This document shows positions 1 to 13,658 of a stretch of 64,000 nt of DNA, piece by piece (position 1 is the stretch's first letter; the number at the start of each line of letters is the position of its first letter). A program made the position numbers and the translations under genes. Origin of the DNA: Octopus sinensis (taxonomy: Eukaryota); contig NW_021832223.1 of assembly GCF_006345805.1 (NCBI RefSeq), forward strand, positions 248,001-312,000, read 5' to 3'. Under the pieces are notes generated by a model. It was not told the origin of the DNA, made no database searches, and saw nothing but the letters and a program-made list of their open reading frames with translations.

Positions 1-2
1 CG

Positions 3-479
3 AAACACGCTGGCCTGAACCACGTCGTTAAACAGGCCCTCAATGCCGCAGGCTTCCCTTCTGTTCTGGAGCCTGCCGGCCTCGACCGTGGCGACGGCAA
101 GCGTCCAGACGGAATGACGGTCTTTCCATTCTCGGAGGGGAAATGTCTCGTTTGGGATGTTACCTGCGCGGACACCTTTGCCCCCGGAACCGTTGCTCAG
201 TCTGCGTCCTCCCCCGGCTTCGCTTCCCGTCGGGCTGAGGAGACGAAGCGGAAGAAATACGCCTCTCTCCCACCAAATTACCACTTTGTCCCGATTGCTG
301 TGGAGACAAGTGGAGTGATAGGGACGGCCGGAGTGTCGCTTCTGACCGAAATCGGGAAGTGCATCCACAAGTGCACGAAGGACCACCGCCAAATCGGCTG
401 GCTGTACCAGAGGATATCGATCGCAATCTTGCGAGGTAACTCGCTTGCAATCCGAGGTGCAGCCACTGGTGACACTTAA
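3..479 (+). mobile_element. CRE-like non-LTR retrotransposon, 3' end (restriction-like endonuclease domain)
   Basis: Frame reads KHAGLNHVVKQAL..GDGKRPDGMTVFPF..LVWDVTCAD..PIAVETSG..LYQRISIAILRGN, typical of the CRE-clade RLE C-terminus; runs off the window start. Confidence 0.85.
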
Positions 480-989
480 TTAGCTATTGTGTAACATATT
501 ATTTAAAAACTAAAAAAATAATGCCTGTCATGGTGACTGTCAAATTTAATAATTAATTTAATTGCATTGATTTCTAATCAATAATCGTTTCAACAATAAA
601 AATTTATTAAAATAAAGCGTCTACGTTTTTTTAACTTGATTCATATTAACTATTTTAGACTTCCCTGAACTTGTTTTAATCTGTTAAATAAAATAATAAT
701 AAAATAGACCTCTAGTCGATTGTTTGACAAAATTTGAACAACTTCAGCAGGTTCTCCATATGGGGATTCAAATCGGTTTAGCCTTATGGAAGGATTTGTC
801 CCAAAATCCTTTAGAACTCTAACCTAACAATTATTCACTAAAAATACTCCGCTCCCAATTGAAAAATCGTATTTCGATTGATGAACATTCATTTTTTTAT
901 TCATGCGTTTAAAATATGGTGAATTTAAATTAGGTGGAGAAAAATTCAATATAAAATCACTAGCATCCAAGTTGTCTAGCATATGTTAT

Positions 990-1700
990 TCAAAATTTAC
1001 CTGAAACATCTAAAATATTTTCTACATCCATATCCTCTGATGATACATGATAAAAATCATCCGAACACTCACTTTCTTTGAAATTAAAAAAATTAAAAAA
1101 ACTTTTATCATCATGAATGACGGTGTTTATACCAGAAACTCCTCTTAATTTTTTAAATGGTGTTTCATTTATAGAAGAATGAATAGTCGTGTTATATGTA
1201 AAAGTGCATCGTTTAATAAATTGGATCCAGTTTTTAGTTGATTCTTCAGTCATCAGCTTTGAAAGATTTCGTGTTAAAGTTTGATTAAATCTTTCCACGA
1301 TACCCTGAAACAGATAAATATTGTGTCATTACTTGTGATTGAGGATGATTTGGTCTTCCGTAAATATGTTGGATTTTGTTTTTCGTGCAAAAAGAATCGA
1401 GATATTTATTCCTAAACTCAGTTCCATTATCTGTTTGTAGAATCTCGCAAAAGCCGATTTCTGAACAAATTTCTTCGAAAGCCTCACAAATATCTAAATT
1501 CCAATATAAAACATAAATATACTTATTGCAGATTTATTTTTAACTCCTTTACAAATGGCATACTTACTGTAAACATCAATGACGGTAAATATCCATTTGT
1601 AGCCATCGTTCGAATCGTTAAATTTTTTAACGTCTATAAGGTCTGCTTGGAATCGTTCATTTGGTCTTTTGGCAATCACATGGTACTTAGAATCTGAAAC
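990..1700 (-). mobile_element. Retroviral-type (Ginger2/KRBA2-like) DDE integrase, degenerate, with a 28-nt intron
   Basis: ERFQADLIDV..YKWIFTVIDVYSKY, LQTDNGTEF and HPQSQ|GIVERFNQT; GT-AG intron 1305-1332 splits the HPQSQG motif. Confidence 0.75.
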
Positions 1701-2436
1701 CTGCTATATAAGTTTTTTATTTTATACTTTAAGTGGGATGGAAAACTTGCATAGTGAGCACTCTTTGAATAATAACGCTAAAAATATTAAATATGCCCAC
1801 ACGAGTAACGAATGATTAAACCACATTAATTATGACATCTGACAGCCAATGACCTCGTAAAAATGATTGATTGACAGGTGACATGTAGCCAGCATGGGAT
1901 GCGTAACCACCATGGGACGCGACATATTCCCTTTGCAGCCCATCACAAAGGTTATGCCAACAAACGGATTTTTTAAAGATTTTAATAATATAGAATGAAG
2001 AGATTTACTCTTAATTTTTATCAATAACCATTTAATTTGAACTTTTTCAGTTTTTGTACGTTATTTTGTTTTCTGTTGCAGATTTCTTCAAATGTATTCC
2101 CAATATTATTCTGAAATTGTACTTTTAAAGCATCGGGAAACAAACGGTGAATATTATCTTCAAAGTCATTGCTGTTATCATGTCCAAGTGTGAACAGTTG
2201 CATTTATTTTGGTCATATATTGACTCATCATCATTTCCTTTTTCATTTTCAGAAATTACGTCTGCAATTATCGTGTCCAAATTTTCAGTTTTTCTGATGG
2301 CTACTGAAAATTTATAAATTATGTTTTCATGTTATTTGATTAAAATAAAGATAATTAATTGTTTATTCAAAATGACTAAATATTTGATGATACCACTATT
2401 AAAATAGATAATTAGTTCAGGCTGTAGTACTACTAA

Positions 2437-4141
2437 ATGGGCGATTGGCGTAACTATGATTCATCTCAGCAAGGGAACTCCAACCAGAGATACCCCAATC
2501 AAGGATATCCCCCACAGCAGGGATATCCTCCTCAACAACAAGGATACCCAAACCAAGGATACCCGCAACAGCAGGGATATCCTCCTCAACAACAAGGATA
2601 TCCAAATCAAGGATATCCCAATCAAGGATATCCGCCACAGCAGGGATATCAACAACAAGGATACCCAAATCAAAACTACCCTCCGCAAAGTGGTACAAAT
2701 TACCATCAAGGATTCCCAAATTGCCCCACCGAACAATATAATTCATCTCAAATCGGATTTGCTCAGAATCCACAATTTCCACACAATCAACCACAATTCA
2801 CACAACCTCAGAATTATATGGGATTTGAGGCAAACCAGCCTCTCCAAACCTCCCAATACCAACAACAGCCTCCAACCGCTCCCACTTTTCAACAACAGTG
2901 GGGAACTCCACCTCAGCAGAACATCCAAGGTCGTTTATTGTCAATTATTTCAGGTCAGGCATCGAGACCGTCCATCTTTCCCTGCAGATCTTTCTCTGCG
3001 GAATCAGACGCGAACAGTCTCCGGAAGGCCATGAAGGGATTGGGTATTGTATTAATTGGATGGATAGGCACTACCGAGTCGGTGATTATCGAGATCACGG
3101 GAAACAGAAACAATGCTCAACGTCTCCTAATTCGAGAGGCTTTCCGCAAAATCCATGGACGGGTATTTATGGTTTTGACACCTCAAAGGACTTGCTTAAA
3201 GATCTTGAAGGAGAACTGTCTCGTAGTTTCAAACATCTGGTGGTTAATTGCTACAGATCTCCGGTGGAATTTGACGTGGAGAGCATCAACTGGGCTATAA
3301 AAGTGAGAGAATCGTGTCATTGAAGGGGGCAGGGACCAACGAGGAAATGCTCAATTTGATAATGGTGAGTCGGTCGGCCATCGAATTGCGAGAACTTAAA
3401 AATTTGTATCAAAAAAGTATGAAACATGCAAAAGTGGTAGGATTTAACAGATCGATCGAATCTGACATAAGCAATGACACACTCGGCCACTACACTCGAT
3501 TACTCCTAGAACTGGCCAAGGTGTGCTTGTTTGTTGACGGATTAAGGGCAACCGAGATTGTTCTACCTCAGTGGACATGGATATGGCCCAGGCTGACGCA
3601 AATGAGCTTTATTCTGCCGGGGTTGGACGTTGGGGCACCAACGAGCGTGTTTTCCATCAGATTTTTGCTTCGAGGAGTTTTGTACAATTAAGACAGACCT
3701 TTAAAGAGTATGCCAGGGTTACATTCCTCATTTAGTGGATATTTATAGATGGCGGGTCACTCGATTAACCAAGCTATCAGCAGGGAAATGTCTGGGGATG
3801 TCAAGAACTTGTACGAAGCACTGGGTAATGCATTTGCGTCACATTTACGCATTTTATTAATCAAATCTATTTTTTAGTCGACTACATTATCGACCCGATT
3901 ACTTTCTTTGCTCATTATTTGAACAAATCTGTGAAAGGGCTGGGCACTAATGACCATTTGCTGTGCTATATTATCATTTCCAGATCTGAGGTTTGGGGTT
4001 TAAAGAATGGCGTAGATCGATTTAGGGGATATTTCAGACGTCTTTTTGAATCGCTACAGAGTTCCTTTGGCTCGGTCTGTGAAGCAAGACACTTCCGGAG
4101 ATTATAAGAAACTCCTACTGTTGCTATTGGGAGGACAATAA
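2437..4141 (+). CDS. Annexin A7/A11-like, with GYP(P/Q)Q-rich N-terminus; multi-exon
   Basis: Annexin repeats (LRKAMKGLG|[37 protein letters not shown]) join after removing 23-31 nt introns (e.g. 3044-3067, 3417-3440) and one ~53-nt intron. Confidence 0.92.
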
Positions 4142-4414
4142 TCTAAAATAACACTTACTATAATCTAACACGGCTTTTGATTCGTTACCAATTCAGTTCT
4201 TCAAATTGAGGGAGACTTGGGGAGATCTCCAACAAAGTGGATGATAGGAATGAGAGAAGTAGGCATGTCAAAGAGATTCCGACTGCCGAGGGAATAAACA
4301 CCTGGCCATCCCCGACTCATCAAAATAGCGACTTTTCATAAGGGATTTTAAAGTTATGTTTTATTTTGTATAAATCTTTAATTAATATTATCTATTTTAT
4401 TTTCTTTGTGTGAC

Positions 4415-4960
4415 ATGAGCGTTAAAAGAAAGAAGAGTATAAATGTCATGTCAAAACAAGAGGAAAGTCTAATCGTAGACAAGTATTAGAAAATTAAGTA
4501 ATATTAAGTACTCCCTACCGTTTCTCAAACATGAGTAATTACTTTATATGTCCAATTTGCCAAGACGTCATGAGGAACCCTATGAGGTGTCCATGTGGTC
4601 ATTCTTTCTGCAGTTCTGTAATTCTCAAATGATTAACCCTTTAGTGCATTGCTGAATGGCTCAAGATCAATTCGACATGTCCTATTGACAGGTCGAAAAT
4701 GGCCAAGAAATCTCTGCACAAAGATTTCATTTTAGAAAATATAATAAAGGAGCAAAACGTGATGTGTATTCACCGGGGATGTAAGTCTGTGGCCAATCCG
4801 TATGAAATATCCGCCCACATTTCTGCATGCAAATTCTCTCCTGATAATATGCCTCAAGTAATCAAGAATGAGATGAGTTGTTGTGTTCTGATCACGCTCA
4901 GGTGCATCTGAGGACGAATCCCACTCTCTTAAGCTCCGATTATATTCCAACTGTCAAACC
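4415..4960 (+). CDS. C3HC4 RING-finger protein with a following zinc finger (3' end unresolved)
   Basis: Spliced FICPICQDVMRNPMRCPCGHSFCSS|CIAEWLKINSTCPIDR, then CIHRGC..HISAC. Confidence 0.8.
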
Positions 4961-5164
4961 AGAGATGTCCTTTGTGATTTTTTAAAATTTACGAGTGATT
5001 CCCCTTGATTACTTTTTTATGTCTCTTTATATAATCTGTTGTTCATTTGCTAGATATGTCCAATCTGTCAACAAATAGTCGAGTGAGTAGGTTTATTATG
5101 CTTCTCCTGGAATATTTATTTGGTTTCTTTCAATATATGTCTCCCGGAGTCGGGCTGTTCGAGT

Positions 5165-5590
5165 TCAGGCGTTCCTGTCCCCGCCATTGATGCACATGTA
5201 GGAAGAATTTAGGTTTTTGTATAAATCTGTGAGGGTGGAGTAAAATTCATAAAGTTCTTCCGGGTTTAAAATGTGTAAATGCATAAGTCGGAACACTGCT
5301 GTCATGTCCGAGACGGACCACACCCGGTATACGTGCTTTTCCAATTCCAGGTGGAAGCAAATCCCAGATTGTGGTGACGACAGGTCGATGGGATGGTAGT
5401 GAGTGTGTGATTTGATATCGTGGATATTGCATGCTCTGTTATTTGTCTTTTGCAGACAACAGATGGGCACTTTGCTTCGTAGCAGATATCTAGCAAGTTG
5501 AAGCCTTTTTTATATGAGATTGATTCCTCTAACGTTTTGGGTGCTGATTGAAAACGGGCTATTAGATACCAAGCGTGAGAAATTTTTCGA
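5165..5590 (-). mobile_element. RTE-like LINE, APE endonuclease N-terminal fragment
   Basis: FSISTQNVRGIN..RLQLARYL..ICCLQKT with in-frame stop; resembles 59139-59400. Confidence 0.65.
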
Positions 5591-5609
5591 GTTAAACGTA
5601 CTTATGATG

Positions 5610-5900
5610 AATCCTTGAGTTAGTATAAAAAAGTTGGATCACTGCTGGGTGACTCTGAAGATGTCACTCGTAGAAAAGCCGCGTATAATAAACTTGTAAA
5701 CATCTGGCGTCTAAGAAAGCTAAATACAAACACAAAACTAAAGATCTATAACACGTTTGTTGTCTCTGTCCTGACGTATAACGGATTGACATGGGAAATA
5801 ACCAAACATGAAATGAACAAATTTGTACCGAAACCAACTGAGAAGAATATAAACATACAATTCTTAAGAAAAACATAAAACTCAGCAACCACAATTCGAC
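5610..5900 (+). mobile_element. RTE-like LINE, post-RT C-terminal fragment
   Basis: KKLGSLLGDSEDVTRRK..KLKIYNTFVVSVLTYNGLTW. Confidence 0.7.
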
Positions 5901-6529
5901 TAACATCGTAATAACGCATTTTGTTGTAATTGAGCTTAAAATTCGTCAGCTTTCCATTTTGATTAAGAGAAAAAGTCAATTCCATCAGCACTGATCAAGT
6001 GTTACTTAAATTAGCTCCCGAATATGAACAATAATTTTGTCTGACGATAATAGAGTATATTCCAGGAATACGTCGGAGAAAGATAACTGGTTAATGCCTA
6101 GTTATTTATTCATATCCAATGCTTTTAAATCTCTGGGTCAAACATCTGGTTTTGTAAGGCTTGGAAAATTAAATACATTACGCAGTGAGCGATGTAAAGT
6201 TGGCAATCTGTAGCGGTGGGTTCGAAAAGGCGATGAGGAGAAAGTACACTTGTTACAACGCCTTTAAGTGAGACCAGGTCTCTTGTCTGAGATGTTACAT
6301 GACATCTATTCAAAATTTCTCTCAACATCACTTCGAGATGACCATTTTCAGTTCAATTCTGACATTTTTGACAGATTAATATTCAATTTTGACACTTTTT
6401 TCATCAATTTTGTTTGTATTTTTTGTGTTAATTTTGACTTTTGACCATTTGTCATTTATTTTATATTTTCTGATTCCCCGTTCTTGTACGAATTTTATGT
6501 CAAGAAAAAATTCAAGAATATCAGAAGAT

Positions 6530-7050
6530 ATAAGATGAGGACTTATAAATAAGGATGAAGAGGGTGGCGATTATATACAGCTTTCTCTGGATTTTGGTGT
6601 AGGAGGACAACAGCTATAGGCATTGTAAAAAGTGGAAATACTTGTAATCGTGGAGGTAGATGGGATGCTACGATTAAACTTACGGATGATGATATGAATT
6701 TTTGTAATTGAAAAAATTGAGAATAATCCATCGATAACATTGAAGGAAATACGAAGTTTGGTAAATAATAAAATTTGTATCGTGACGATATATAAACGAC
6801 TTGATGGCCGATTGATTACCTACAAAATGCTGCGAAAAGAACCAATTTCGAGTAATAGTCTGGAAAATATAAAAAAAAAAACCCTGACTGAATTTCGAGC
6901 ACTATTGTTACAAAATGCATAAGAATATTCTCTGACAAATCTAACTTGGGAGAAAATACGGAGTTTCTACAGAAATGGAAAAAAATCATTGCAAATTGTA
7001 CGATTGGGATTCCATTAATCTGATTAATAAAATTATCTTTATTAACTCTC
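6530..7050 (+). mobile_element. IS630/Tc1-like transposase N-terminal remnant
   Basis: Degenerate IKLTDDDM..IENNPSITLKEIRSL..IYKRLDGRLITYKML HTH region. Confidence 0.5.
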
Positions 7051-7249
7051 ATCTTGATTTAGCCGATTAGAAAAAGTCCTTATGTGTGTCCGTTATAAAA
7101 ATATTTGTCAAAATATACGCACTAAAATAATTATAATTTGTTACATAGGAAATGAGACAGTTTCTAATTAATCGAACATCAGACAAAACCGGCTCGCAAG
7201 ATTGAGAGACAACGAAATGTGCACAAACGGCCAATTTTGTCAAAATTAA

Positions 7250-7620
7250 TGTAAAAAATGTTAAAATCGAATCTGTATTCCAGGCTTAGGACTAGTTCAA
7301 TACTTTTTTTGAAGAAAACAACATAGAATGGATCAATTGTGTTGGACTTTGTACAGACGGAGCACAGTCAATGTCAGGACATAATCTGGTCTTCAAGCTT
7401 TTGTAAATTATCTGGACGCACTGGATGCTGCAGAGATCAGCAATTGTCTCAAAGAATATGAGTCCAGAACTGAACGATATTTTTGCGCAAATTACAAAAG
7501 TTATAAACTACATAAAACACAGTCCTTTAAAAGCTAAGCTTTTTGCAAAGCTGTGTGAAGATATGGATTCAAAATATACATCGCTTTTATTCTATTGTGA
7601 CAGACTAATAACAGACTAAC
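7250..7620 (+). mobile_element. hAT (ZBED/FAM200-like) transposase fragment
   Basis: CVGLCTDGAQSMSG..SPELNDIFAQITKVINYIKHSPLKAKLFAKLCEDM. Confidence 0.8.
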
Positions 7621-7629
7621 AGACTTATA

Positions 7630-8500
7630 TGTACTAAAAGAGTCGACGCTAGCTTCAATTTTGTCGATGATGTAATTAAACTTTAAGTTGTTAAAAGTTC
7701 CTTTAAAACATTTGATGATTCCTTGGTGTAGTGGCTGCAAAAGGCTCTGTTTGAATTTGTGTATTTGAAATCATTTTCAATATTATTTCCTTTGAAACAT
7801 TTAAGTTTTTTGTATTTCCCTATCGTTAATGGCACTTTTTTGTCGAATCCGTCTGCAATAGTGCATATGATAATTAAAACATTTTGAAACCATTTTTGGC
7901 TTTGTGCATACACTTTTTGATGGAATTTTTGTGTAAAAAATTCCTGTTTCATCAGCGTTGTATACATTTTCAATTCTGTATTTTAAGATTTTATCTTTTA
8001 TCAAAGAAAGAAAATCATTGATACATTTTTCATTCAGTTCATTACATAATGAAATTTCACAGTGCAATTTTCTTAATTTTAGACAATTCCGTTGTTTAAA
8101 TTATTCAAACCAGCCTTCCAATGAGACAAAAAAATAAAACAGCCTGCACTTGTTTTAAACCTAGATAATTCCTCTATTTCTGCAATCTTTTTAGCTTTCG
8201 ATAATATGATATTGTCATTTAGCATAAGTCAATCCATCCAGTCAATCAATCCTAATGTCATTTTGTCGATTGAGTCGTATTTTAAGAAGGAAAATCTAGT
8301 TTCATTAAATTGGGAAACTCCAATAGATTCCCATAAAATGTTATTTTTCTCAAGATCGTTAATCGCTCTTCGGGGAATATTCTTTTTTAAAGACGTTGAG
8401 AAAATTCTTGCAATTCTGCTTGCAAGTAGATTCGGATTATTATTGATAAATGTCAAAATTCTGATCTTCTCATTAATCGATAATATGGTACAACTTCCCG
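7630..8500 (-). mobile_element. pogo/Tigger-like transposase remnant
   Basis: YNADETGIFY..PSKS and QPLHQGIIKCFK DDE_1 motifs, with frameshifts. Confidence 0.75.
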
Positions 8501-8529
8501 AAATAACAGGAAAGATAAAATCACACCGT

Positions 8530-9232
8530 TTTTGAGAATTTCAAATATTTTTGTGTCATTGGATGCTAGTACTTACAGAAGAGATACTTCTCAACTTGTC
8601 GTATTTGTTCTAGGGATAACTGAAACATTCCAAATTTTTGAAGAATTTATCAAAGTCATTCCAATGATGGGTACAGTGACAGGAACCGACGTTTTCCTGC
8701 AGTTAATGCAACTTTTAACAGAATCAAATCTCCCGCTTTTAAAATTAGTTGGAATTACAACAGATGGGGCTCCATCTATGGTGAGAACAAAAAGGGAACA
8801 ATTACATTACTCTAAAATGAAATGGAAAAACTTGGAATTGAGGACAATTTGGTCGAAATTCACTGTTTTTTATTCATCAAGAGGCGTTAGTTTCCAAATC
8901 AGTCAAATTACGCGAGACAATTGATGCTGTTGTTAATGCAGTAAATTTTATTTCATCCCGTGGCTTGAATCATGGGCAGTTCAGGCAATTTTTAATTGAC
9001 GCAGAAGCAGAATATGGGGATCTTATATATTTTTGTTATGTCAGATGGCTTATTAGAGGATCAATACTCAAAGGCTTTTTCAAATACGGGAAGATGCCAT
9101 AATTTTTTTGAGGAAAAGAATTATGATGCTTCATATTTTTCTGAATTAGATATTTTGAGCTTCTACAAAAATTTTTTATGTGTCAAAAAATATCCACAAT
9201 TAACCGACAATGCTAAGAAAATGCAAAAATAA
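8530..9232 (+). mobile_element. hAT (GTF2IRD2-like) transposase fragment
   Basis: SLDASTYRRDTSQLVVFV..GTVTGTD..GITTDGAPSMV; broken by frameshifts. Confidence 0.8.
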
Positions 9233-10479
9233 AATTTTGGCCCGCGAAGACAAAAATCCTGCCGAATCTTTATGTAGAGATTAAGCTACATCTCAGTTTC
9301 ATTGTCCAAAGTAAAGTCGAGTTTTGGATTGTCAGAACTGCGCATTAATCGTAAATCTGGATTATTCTAAAATTCTCTATCTTTTTTGCAAGTCTATATT
9401 TTGCTTGCTTAGACAAATCCTCAGGATATTTATTTTCTAAAGCATTTTTTTAAATTCAAAACTCCGAAGAATCTTTGACATATCCTTTATAAAAACCATT
9501 ACAAGAAACAAATCTAGCAATCTAAAAATTTTAAAATAAGTTTAGGTTTACCAACATTAAAAAATAACTTTTTAAAATTATCTAAGTACATGAACAAAAA
9601 CTAATTCAATCAATACAAGTCATACTTAGACTTTATAATTGTTGCATAAAAATAATATTTGTGATAATCAAAAGCTTTTATTTTGATGTCTAAAACGTCA
9701 AAAAATTTAACTCAGGCGTAGGCCCATGTCACATATTAATCAATCGAATACATTTCGAATATCGACAATCCAATACTGACATAAATACGTTTATATACGA
9801 GGACACGACGATATGAATTCTTGTCAGTCACAAAGCCATGTCACCCAGTCTTGTCTATCGTTCCCATGCCTTGTTCACTTGTCGTGCCAAAAGTCTCAGC
9901 AACGTCTTGTTAAACTTGTTAGTGTTTCTGCACCGGAGAGAAATGCTGTTGGAACAAACTTGAGAGTTTTGCGTGTCGCTGAATTGGACCAAATAGTATG
10001 TCTTAAAGGTGGAGATTGGTAGAGTTGTTAATTTAGCTGAATTGAGATGTTCAAAAAAGAAACCAACTTTCCCTCGCTCAAATATAACTAATAATTTGAC
10101 AAGACTATTCGAAACTATCCCTGTTTCCCTGATAATGGATCAAAGCAAAACGCATTGTGACAATTGTTCGGTGGCCTATCCACAGAGGAGGTCAAAAATC
10201 ATGCTATTAAAAAGTCCCATACAGGGTTGTGAATAATTAATGTTGTAGACACGATAAAGAGAACTCCCAGAAGGCTGCAGGGCAACACTTTTCTCGCAAA
10301 ATAATAATTCTAACGAAGCAAAAGTCTGTATTAATTTTTTATATCGAAGCTGAATACAAGAAATCTTTGACAGATTTCCATTAATTTTACTGTTTCACTT
10401 TTTCGTTATAAGTAAATTCAGTCTCGAAGTGGTTTTTATTTCATCTTGTCCAATCATTCCCATTATTCGTACCAAATTC

Positions 10480-11910
10480 ATTCCCCCGCATGCCTGTCTC
10501 TCATCCTGCCCCCATTGCCGTCCCCTGTGCAGATCCTGCAACGTGGTTAACAAAAGATAGAGGGGTCGATCTTGTTATTCCTGTTCTCTGTTTTTTCTCC
10601 TTCCCTCGTCGCACTTAGGAACGTATTCCATCGTGGGTGTGTCCCTTTAGTCTCTCTGGTACCTCCTTATTTTTATCCCCTCATTTTCCACTACGATCCC
10701 TGGCGTTTGCCACTCCCTGGATTCTTTCCCGTTCTCTGAGTCTATTTCTGGGACCCATTCTATCCCTTTCGTTCTCAAATCCACCAAACTTTTTCGCTGT
10801 CTCCGGGAAATTTTGTGAAGAATCCCTGAAGCTGCTCGTATCGCAAAGCTGCTTGTCCACTGCAATTGATGATGCTTTAGTTCCATCCAGAGTCTGTAAC
10901 AAAACTTCTTCCTCCTCGCTTGTTACGATCGTCAAACAAGAATTGGCCTCGTACGACGAATGCTATTTTTATCTTTGCTAGTTTCATGCTTATTTCGCCA
11001 ATTCAGAGACTCCCTCTGATCCAACCTCCCATAAAGCGCCTCCTGCCGCGAATGATGACAACTACCTCTACAGAAAGATAAACAGCAAATTTATGGACGG
11101 CGATATTCGTGAAGCTGTCAGGCTTGTTGCCTCGACGAGTTCCATTTTGTACCAAACACCAGTCGTCTTGAATTCTGTCAGGGAGAAACATCCCTCTCAG
11201 CCCCAGAACTTCAGACCTCAGCCTTCTCCTCCACACTCGCTTTCAATCCGTTTGTGGTCTCGGAAGATTTCGCACTGAAACCCCTGACGAACTTTTCCCT
11301 AGGAAGCAATGGTGGAGTAGATGGCTTGAGACTCGGTCATCTAAAAGACTTGACTTCTCTCATCACTGCTGAAGCTGGACGGAGATTACTACATTTCTGT
11401 GCAACCTGATTTTGCACGCAGAATCTTCTTTTCTGCTAACCTTACTGCCCTCGGGAAAAAGGACAACGACGTGGGAAATATTTTCCGGAGGCTCTCTGCT
11501 AAGCTTTTGTGTCATGCCATTGTCCCCTACTTGTCCTCGGAGTTTCTACCTGTCAAATTAGGTGTTGATTTTCAAAATGACTGCAAAGCGGCTGTTCAAT
11601 CAATTCGTGAATTAATGGAATCGTCCGAGGAGTTAATCATGGTTAAACTCGACGTTTCGAGGGCTTTCAATTCCATCAGACGTGATCACCTGTAGGAGTG
11701 CTGCCGCGAACTAGTTCCTTTTCCATATCCTCTTGTGCATCTCTCATATGCTTCCCAAGCATCCTTATGTTCGACGAAGTTCATATCTCTTTGTCCACGG
11801 GGTTCAGCAGGGTGATTCTTTGGGCCCTGTTCTTTTTGCTCTGGGAGTTAATAGTATCGCCCAATCTGCCCAATCCTCTATTAACATTTGGTACCTGGAT
11901 GCTGCCTTCA
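10480..11910 (+). mobile_element. CRE-like non-LTR retrotransposon, N-terminal/RT region, degenerate
   Basis: DGDIREAVRL, GGVDGLRLGHLKDL, NLTALGKKD..GNIFRRLSAK, KLDVSRAFNSIRRD, GVQQGDSLGPVLFALG, WYLD. Confidence 0.8.
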
Positions 11911-12404
11911 ATTCACTGCAGATTTTTTGGTTTTCTTTTTCTGTCGCATCATGAGAAATTTTTTCAAATTCCAATAAAACATTTTCAAAAATTCTCAAAT
12001 TGACCATAAATTTTAAATATTTTTATATAATTTGCAAATTAATAAAATTTCAGTTATTTTATGTCTTCGAACAATTCTCGTGGTATTATACTCGTCTCAC
12101 TTTTTATCAAAAAATACAGATTTTAACTTTTAAAAATCAAAATGAAGATGTTCATGTCAGTATTTGGCTGATAGATTTTCCCATTTGTTTAAAAAGAAGA
12201 TTTCCAGAAAACAATTAATAATATTATTTGAAAAAAGATTTTTTTCTCAAAGTGTGTAAAAACAAAGGTACTTTTGTCGAAGTGGTCGCAGTTTTTTTAG
12301 AAGATAATTAAAATTAATTAATTTTTTTAGTGAAAAATAGATTATTAATTTATAACCTCTATCATAATTTAAATGGTTATTAAATTATTTAAAAATTTAT
12401 TTAA

Positions 12405-12812
12405 CCATTTAGTCATTTTTAGTACGCGGCATCAAATTTCAGGACTGTAGAAGGATTATGTCTTTTACAATCTTGCAAAACATTCCTTATAGTTCTGTAT
12501 TTGTTTTCGCCCAATAAATTGAAATAATAACTAAAAAAAACCTCGAATAAGATCCCAGATGATGTCTACAGCTCCTCTTTGAGCTTTATTCTTGCATTTT
12601 GCACATTTAGTCATTTTTAGTACGCGGCATCCAAATTCCAGGACTGTAGAAGGAATTTATGTCTTTTACAATCTGTGCAAAAGATTCCTTATAGTTCTGT
12701 ATTTGTTTTCGCCACATAAATTCTGAAAAAATAACTAACTAAAAAACCTGCGAAATAAGATCCCAGATGATGTCTTACAGCTCCTCTTTGAGCTTTATTC
12801 TTGCATTTTGCA
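12405..12812. repeat. About 200-bp tandem duplication of the Merlin transposase 3' end
   Basis: ATTTAGTCATTTTTAGTACGCGGCATC...TTTTGCAC occurs twice; the left copy differs mainly by single-base deletions. Confidence 0.85.
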
Positions 12813-13658
12813 CTTCCCCACATTCGTTCTACTGTCTGGGTGTGCACTCCCGTCGTTGGATCCACAAAGAATTTTCTGAATATATTATATTTCCTTACTT
12901 ATGGTTAACGGTTTCGTGTGTGTAGCCGTTTTCAACCAATTGATCAGTTGAATACCCTAAATGTTAATCAAATAATGCTAACCTTTCCAGCAGTCACTAT
13001 AAATAATGCTTCCCACCTCGACATATCGAATTACTAGACTGAGCAGTGTTTCTCTGCTCCTATCCGCGACTGGTTGCAGAAACACTGTTTGGTGGCTCGA
13101 CAAATACCACCGAAGACCCACTGTTTTGGTAAAACTCTTCCAGAGTTTTTTTCCGTTTGGAAAACATACTCTCGTCTACCTCCACAATCATACCAGGACC
13201 ACCTGAAATAAACATTAATAATACCAATTTTGCCGTCAGATCTTTTAACAAGTGCGTCCACACAGACTTCACGTAAAAACATAGCCCAATCGACATATGT
13301 ATGTTCACCCCAATTGTATTCGTGATGAAGCCATTTGAAGGTATGCCTATCGTAACTCCATAAGTATATGTAGGCGATGACATCCTCAAATGGCAATCTA
13401 CAATTCTCTAACCAGGTATCTAGAATTATTTGAGAGAATTATACCTTTTTTAATAGAACATTGGACTCTACAACCAACTCTTGAGCATTTCCAATTGAGC
13501 TTCGGTCCCAAGACTAATTCCATCTGATGTCCCTTCGGACATATACGTGATTTTGAAAGGATATCCACATTTTGCAGAAAATGCACTGCATCCTCCTCCT
13601 TACTTATTGGGAGCTGTCGGAATTTGATGTTGCATAAGTCCACAACAGAATTTTCCAT
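12607..13658 (-). CDS. Merlin transposase, six exons, about 310 aa after correcting two 1-nt homopolymer deletions
   Basis: Introns 13420-13444, 13203-13224, 12957-12982, 12876-12898 and 12723-12747 restore KIG|GPGMIVEVDES, SDCWK|GY, VNHK|KFFVDPTTGVHTQTVERMW and SYFAE|FMWRK. Confidence 0.85.

Noticed and set aside
4190-4325. Possible box C/D snoRNA on the minus strand (TGATGA...CTGA)
   Set aside because: No convincing terminal stem or recognisable guide sequence.
9780-10300. GC-richer stretch with short ORFs
   Set aside because: No recognisable motif or consistent spliced model in any frame; probably a decayed TE.
12405-12605. Duplicated Merlin 3' end as a biological feature
   Set aside because: The extra copy differs mostly by scattered 1-nt deletions, typical of an unpolished long-read artefact; needs raw reads.
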